A DNA stretch of 64,000 nt from an uncultured Pseudomonadales bacterium (GTDB lineage Bacteria > Patescibacteriota > Microgenomatia > UBA1400 > PJMF01), in assembly GCA_964650185.1 (NCBI GenBank), contig CAZYRN010000003.1, forward strand, positions 2,025 through 66,024, written 5' to 3'. Position numbers and translations under genes: made by a program. The notes below the pieces were generated by a model. It was not told the DNA's origin. It saw only the letters and a program-made list of their open reading frames with translations, and made no database searches. Below are positions 59,335 through 64,000 of the stretch, piece by piece (positions within the stretch are counted from its first letter, which is position 1; every line of letters begins with the position of its first letter).

Positions 59335-59913
59335 ATAAGTAAAAATAAGAAAGTAAATTTAACCTCGGTGGTAAAAAATAAATACTATCAACGTAGAGTC
59401 AATGACGGCATCGTGGCAAATAAAGCGATTCGCTTTCCTGAAGTCAGAGTCATCGATGCACAAGGCCAGCAATTAGGCGTCATGTCCAGCAGAGATGCTT
59501 TAGAAGAAGCACATCGGCAGGGAAAAGACATGGTCTTAATTACTGCCCAAGCCCAACCACCCGTAGTAAAAATAATTGAACTTTCAAAATATAAATATCG
59601 CTTGCAGCAAAAAGAAGCTGAGCAGAGAAAAAGTGCTCGGCAGCAAGAGATTAAAGGAGTTAGACTCACCCCTTTTATTGAGGAAGCTGACTTTCAAACC
59701 AGATTAAGACAAGTGAAACGGTTTTTGAAAGATGGGGACAAAGTCAGAGTTGAAGCCGACTTTAAACGCGGCCGACAACGCAGTAAAAAGGAGTTCGGCT
59801 TTAGAAATTTTGAAAGAATTATTGAAGAAGTTGGAGATCAAGCGGAGGTCGAAATTGCACCTAAATCAATCGGCACGAAGATTATGATGCAGTTGACACC
59901 AACCAAAAAGTAG
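59335..59913 (+). CDS. infC: translation initiation factor IF-3 (start uncertain)
   Basis: N..IR.PEVRVID, PPVVKI, FLKDGDKV; the ATG at 59320 lies inside the -10 box. Confidence 0.92.
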   Translation: MSKNKKVNLTSVVKNKYYQRRVNDGIVANKAIRFPEVRVIDAQGQQLGVMSSRDALEEAHRQGKDMVLITAQAQPPVVKIIELSKYKYRLQQKEAEQRKSARQQEIKGVRLTPFIEEADFQTRLRQVKRFLKDGDKVRVEADFKRGRQRSKKEFGFRNFERIIEEVGDQAEVEIAPKSIGTKIMMQLTPTKK

Positions 59914-59934
59914 CAATAATACAACAGTTCAATC

Positions 59935-60138
59935 ATGAAAAAGTTAAAGAGCAAGACCAGAAATTCAGCAGTGAAGCGATTTAAAGTTACCGGCAGCGGT
60001 AAAATTATGCGTCGCAAGCAAAATGCTCGTCACTTACGGCATAACAAAAGCAAGCGCACTCGCCGAGCCTACCGCACTCCAGTTGAAGTATCTGGAAGAA
60101 TGGCTAAGAAAATTAAGCAAATGATGGGTCTCGCCTAA
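59935..60138 (+). CDS. rpmI: 50S ribosomal protein L35
   Basis: KT..AVKRFKVTGSGKI; position after infC. Confidence 0.95.
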   Translation: MKKLKSKTRNSAVKRFKVTGSGKIMRRKQNARHLRHNKSKRTRRAYRTPVEVSGRMAKKIKQMMGLA

Positions 60139-60147
60139 GGAGTTATT

Positions 60148-60507
60148 ATGTCACGTACTAAAACAGGAGTAGTCAGAAGCCGCCGCCATAAAAAAGTTCT
60201 CAATAGAACTAAAGGCTATCGCGGTACCAACAACCGACTTTTTAAACGAGCTCATGAAGCCATGCTTCATGCTTTTGAGTATTCATTCCGTGGCCGAAAA
60301 TTACGCAAGCGTGATTTCCGTAAGTTATGGATTATGAGAATTAATGGCGCTTTAAGACAGCTTGATGCAGAATTCAAATATTCAAGATTTATCAATGCCT
60401 TAAAAACTGCCAATATTGAAATTAATCGGAAGATGCTCGCAGATTTAGCTGTCAATCATCCCAATGCTTTCAAGGCAGTAGTTGACAAGTCAGGCCTGAA
60501 AAAATAA
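60148..60507 (+). CDS. rplT: 50S ribosomal protein L20
   Basis: KGYRG, RKRDFRKLWIMRIN, NRKMLADLA. Confidence 0.97.
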   Translation: MSRTKTGVVRSRRHKKVLNRTKGYRGTNNRLFKRAHEAMLHAFEYSFRGRKLRKRDFRKLWIMRINGALRQLDAEFKYSRFINALKTANIEINRKMLADLAVNHPNAFKAVVDKSGLKK

Positions 60508-60510
60508 GAT
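60482..60510 (+). promoter_or_regulatory. sigma70 promoter embedded in the rplT 3' end
   Basis: TTGACA-N17-TAAGAT. Confidence 0.75.
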
Positions 60511-60518
60511 TTGTCAGC

Positions 60519-60569
60519 ATGTTAATTTCACGTCATCTCACCACTAATTATATTTTTAGCCTGCGCTAA
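60519..60569 (+). CDS. putative 16-aa leaderless leader peptide MLISRHLTTNYIFSLR
   Basis: ATG 8 nt after the -10 box; overlaps segment 1 of an attenuator-like structure. Confidence 0.55.
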   Translation: MLISRHLTTNYIFSLR

Positions 60570-60618
60570 ATAGGGGTGTGATTAACGTGATTTAAACAAG
60601 TTTATTAAAAATTTAATC

Positions 60619-60649
60619 AAGCCCCGCCCAAACAGCGGGGCTTTTTTTT
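60619..60649 (+). terminator. attenuator terminator
   Basis: AAGCCCCGC-N7-GCGGGGC + T8. Confidence 0.85.
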
Positions 60650-60679
60650 GGTTTTAAACCAAAAAAGGAAAGGAGAAAA

Positions 60680-60974
60680 GTGGCGAGAAACCATGAGGAA
60701 CAACCAAATGGAAACGGAGGGGGAAAACAATACTACAAACCATATCAGCATGATCGCTGGAGTGTTGTGGCAGATATAGAAAATCCTCAACAGATTAGCA
60801 AGTTAAACTAAAGCCGAACACCACGCAACTCCTTGTTTAAAGTTAACTGACGGAAATTATTTGGGTTGTTGTAATGCTCTCCTCGATAATCATGCACTTT
60901 TAGAAATGAGAAATGACTTAGCAAACTTAGGTACTGCGACTAATCGTCGAGAAGAAAACTTATTTGGTCAGTAG
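60680..60974 (+). pseudogene. frameshifted ~97-aa hypothetical protein
   Basis: AAGGAG RBS, GTG 60680, TAA 60809; +1 frame open 60807-60974. Confidence 0.45.
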
Positions 60975-61021
60975 TACTTTTCCGGCTCAACTCAAAATGC
61001 GTTACAATAGGAACACACGTC

Positions 61022-62080
61022 ATGACTGCAAAAATAAACTCCTTATCAGCCTTAAAAAAAGCCATTGCCAATCTTCATCAGCAATTTGATCAGGAAGATA
61101 AGTTGGATCAAGAGCTGCTGAAACAGCAATACCTGGGTAAAAAGGGTTTCGTTAATGAGTTGCTGAAAGAGTTAAAGGATTTACCAGCTGAAGTCAGACC
61201 CCAAGCTGGCCAGTTACTAAATCAGTTAAAAAACAGCCTTCAGCAGCAATTTGAATTGCTGGCAGAAGGCGATCAAACACCGCTTGAGACCATTGACCTA
61301 ACACTGCCGGGAATTAAGCCTCAGGTCGGTCATCTTCATCCCATTTCGCAAGCCATGGCCAGAATTACTAATATTTTTGAAAAAATTGGCTTTAGCCGCG
61401 CCCGCTATCCAGAGGTTGATTGGGATTGGTATGTATTTGAGTCTTTAAACATGCCTCAAGATCATCCAGCTCGCGATGAGTGGGAAACTTTTTTTGTCGA
61501 TGCTCCTGAACATCCCGAGCAAGGCAAGATGGTTCTGACCACTCATACTTCTAATGGTCAGGTGAGAGAGATGGAACGGTTAAATCATCAGCCGCCGATC
61601 AGAATGATTAATATTGCCCGCTGCTACCGCCGTCAGCAAGATGCAACTCATACTCAAATGTTTCATCAGTTTGAAGGCCTGGTGGTAGATGAAGGCATCA
61701 ACATTCAGCACCTGAAAGGCACACTAGATTACTTCGCTGAGGAATTTTATGGACCAGGTACCAAAAGCCGGATTAGGCCTTTTCATTTTCAATTTACCGA
61801 ACCTTCATTTGAAGTAGATTTTAGCTGCCATATTTGTGGCGGCACTGGTGTGAAAGATGGTGAGAAGTGCAAGTTATGCAAATCTGGCTGGCATGAAGTT
61901 GGCGGAGCTGGCATGGTTCATCCCAATGTCTTGAAAGCTGGCGGGATCGATCCGGAAAAATACACTGGCTTTGCTTTTGGCTGGGGAGTTGAACGAACCT
62001 ACACCCTTCAAGATGGTTTAAATATTGATGACATCCGGTTGTTTTATTCAGGAGAGCTGAGATTTTTAGAACAATTTTAA
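61022..62080 (+). CDS. pheS: phenylalanyl-tRNA synthetase alpha subunit
   Basis: GHLHP, HPARD, THTS, FHQFEG, FQFTEPS, GFAFGWGVER. Confidence 0.97.
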   Translation: MTAKINSLSALKKAIANLHQQFDQEDKLDQELLKQQYLGKKGFVNELLKELKDLPAEVRPQAGQLLNQLKNSLQQQFELLAEGDQTPLETIDLTLPGIKPQVGHLHPISQAMARITNIFEKIGFSRARYPEVDWDWYVFESLNMPQDHPARDEWETFFVDAPEHPEQGKMVLTTHTSNGQVREMERLNHQPPIRMINIARCYRRQQDATHTQMFHQFEGLVVDEGINIQHLKGTLDYFAEEFYGPGTKSRIRPFHFQFTEPSFEVDFSCHICGGTGVKDGEKCKLCKSGWHEVGGAGMVHPNVLKAGGIDPEKYTGFAFGWGVERTYTLQDGLNIDDIRLFYSGELRFLEQF

Positions 62081-62090
62081 GAAATAAATT

Positions 62091-64000
62091 ATGAATATTT
62101 TAATTCCACACCGCTGGCTGTTAGATCATCTCGACACACAGGCTGAACCTACCGAAATTCAGGCTCAGTTGTCGTTAGCTGGACCTTCAGTCGAGCGAAT
62201 TATTGAAGCTGGAGATGAAAAAGTTTATGACATTGAGGTCACTACCAATCGAGTGGATGCCATGAGCGTCAGGGGAATCGCTCGTGAGGCAGCAGTAATT
62301 CTGCCCAAGTCTTCATTAAAGAAACAGTCACTGATTGATCTGACTCAACTTCAACCCGACCCCAATGTCACCGTCCGACCACTGCCAAAAATTATCAATC
62401 ATCCTGAGCTTAATCAGCGAACTTTGTGCGTGGTGCTAACTGATCTTAAACGAAAAGCCACTCCCAAGTGGATGGCTGAGCGATTAGCTCAAGTCGACCT
62501 GAACGTTCATGAAGCTGTCATCGACATTACCAACTATGTCACTCATGATCTCGGTCACCCTTGCCATGCTTTTGACTACGATAAACTGATGGCGGCAGGC
62601 GGTGAAATTGAGATCGTGGAAGCAGGTGCTGGAGAAAAGTTTGTCACTTTAGATGGAGAAGAATTTGAGACAGTGGGTGGAGAGGTGGTTTTTAAAAATG
62701 GTCAGGGTGAGATCATTGATTTACCTTCAATTAAAGGCACCGCCAACACTTCAATTGATAAAAGTACTAAAAATATCCTGTTATTAATCGAGTCGATTCG
62801 ACCCGACAAAGTCCGTTTTGCCAGCATGACCCACGCCATCCGCACCACTGCGGCTCAGCTGATGGAAAAAGGAGTAGATCCGCGCTCAGCTGACCAGGTG
62901 ATGGCTAAGGGCATTCAGCTGTATCAGGAAATTTGCCAAGCTAAAGTAGCCAGTCCCGTTTTTGATGAAAAAGTAGCTTTAACTCAGCCCGCTACCATTA
63001 AACTAAGTTTGAAAAAGATTGATCAATATTTAGGTCTGGAACTTAAATCAAGTTTAATCATCCAGATTTTAGAAAAATTAGGCTGCGAGGTCGTTATTGA
63101 GGATCCAGAAAAACAATCACCACGCGCAGCTAGCTTGATAGTTACGCCACCTACTTTCAGACCTGACCTCACCATTCCAGCAGACATAGTTGAGGAAATT
63201 GCTCGGATTTATGGTTACCATCAATTGCCCAGTCAAATTATGGCCACCGCCATCCCACTGCAAAAACAAGCCGGAGTTGATTTTGATTTTGAACATGAAA
63301 TGAAAAGTTTTTTGGCCGCGATTGGCTGGCAAGAAGTTTATACCTACTCATTAGTGAGCCAAGAAATTGCTCTACAATCAGGCTATGAGTTATCTGATCA
63401 GTTACAGCTGGCTAATCCGTTGACAACTGATAGAGTTTATTTACGCCGCTCACTACTGCCATCTTTAGCAGAAGTAATTGAGGCAAATTCTCAACGCGAT
63501 GTCAGCTCTGTTTTTGAATTAGCCAATGTCTATCATCCACAAGCGAAACATCGGCTGCCTAAAGAGGAACTGCAGTTAGGTCTGGTTTCAAATCGATCTT
63601 ACCGGCAGGTGAGAGGAGAGCTGGCAGTACTGTTAGATCACTTTTATGTCAGTCAGTATGAAATAATACCCAGCGCCACCCCACCCAAACAATTTGCCCA
63701 AGCCGCTAAGATTACGGCTGTTAGGAAAGACAAACAAGCCGCATCAGCGGAAGCAAAACAAGTGGAGTTGGGGTGGATTGGCCAATTAAAGTCAGGCTTA
63801 TTTGCTGTTGAACTAAAAATAGCTGCCTTACTCTTAGTTAAAAATAATCACCCTCAATATCAGCCGCTCTCAAAGTACATGCCCATTGTGGAAGATTTAA
63901 CCTTTACCTTGCCCGCCTCAACTCAGGTCGGAGCAGTGATGAAGACCATTCAGCAGGAAGCAAAAATTATTGCTCATATTGAGTTAAAAGATATCTATCA
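62091..64000 (+). CDS. pheT: phenylalanyl-tRNA synthetase beta subunit, partial (runs off the window; no B2 OB domain)
   Basis: MNILIPHRWL, VTTNRVDAMSVRGIARE, IDITNYV..GHPCHAFD, FRPDL..DIVEEIARIYGY. Confidence 0.95.
   Translation, partial: MNILIPHRWLLDHLDTQAEPTEIQAQLSLAGPSVERIIEAGDEKVYDIEVTTNRVDAMSVRGIAREAAVILPKSSLKKQSLIDLTQLQPDPNVTVRPLPKIINHPELNQRTLCVVLTDLKRKATPKWMAERLAQVDLNVHEAVIDITNYVTHDLGHPCHAFDYDKLMAAGGEIEIVEAGAGEKFVTLDGEEFETVGGEVVFKNGQGEIIDLPSIKGTANTSIDKSTKNILLLIESIRPDKVRFASMTHAIRTTAAQLMEKGVDPRSADQVMAKGIQLYQEICQAKVASPVFDEKVALTQPATIKLSLKKIDQYLGLELKSSLIIQILEKLGCEVVIEDPEKQSPRAASLIVTPPTFRPDLTIPADIVEEIARIYGYHQLPSQIMATAIPLQKQAGVDFDFEHEMKSFLAAIGWQEVYTYSLVSQEIALQSGYELSDQLQLANPLTTDRVYLRRSLLPSLAEVIEANSQRDVSSVFELANVYHPQAKHRLPKEELQLGLVSNRSYRQVRGELAVLLDHFYVSQYEIIPSATPPKQFAQAAKITAVRKDKQAASAEAKQVELGWIGQLKSGLFAVELKIAALLLVKNNHPQYQPLSKYMPIVEDLTFTLPASTQVGAVMKTIQQEAKIIAHIELKDIY

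Noticed and set aside
61820-61885. CxxC..CxxC insert in PheS and missing B2 domain in PheT
   Set aside because: both are known variants in many bacteria

Overview
Core-chromosome segment of a small-genome bacterium, most likely Patescibacteria (CPR), Microgenomates-like. This assignment is inferred from 16S signature changes, a trigger factor lacking its FKBP domain, short UvrC/PheT/TruB/HolA and a DUF5660-like gene; translation table 11 fits. Contents: sugar-phosphate and lower-glycolysis genes, lexA, uvrB/uvrA/uvrC, pcrA, clpB, lon, tRNA-modification genes, an unlinked 16S rRNA gene, four tRNAs, a very short RNase P RNA, and infC-rpmI-rplT-pheST. I saw no CRISPR array, prophage or IS element. 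Strongest leads: (1) a three-gene module at 24.9-28.1 kb pairing a 7TM protein with an EEE tail, an ATP-grasp glutamate ligase fused to a dead retropepsin domain, and a close homolog of the tubulin carboxypeptidase MATCAP, i.e. a possible writer/eraser system for C-terminal tails; (2) a PEP-synthase/enolase pair that has lost catalytic residues, next to an iPGM with Thr in place of the nucleophilic Ser; (3) a complete leaderless-peptide transcription attenuator between rplT and pheST; (4) a ~265-nt RNase P RNA; (5) three CIRCE elements, one orphaned; (6) widespread leaderless gene starts; (7) a true dual-coding overlap with uvrC. Family assignments come from recalled motifs, not database searches.
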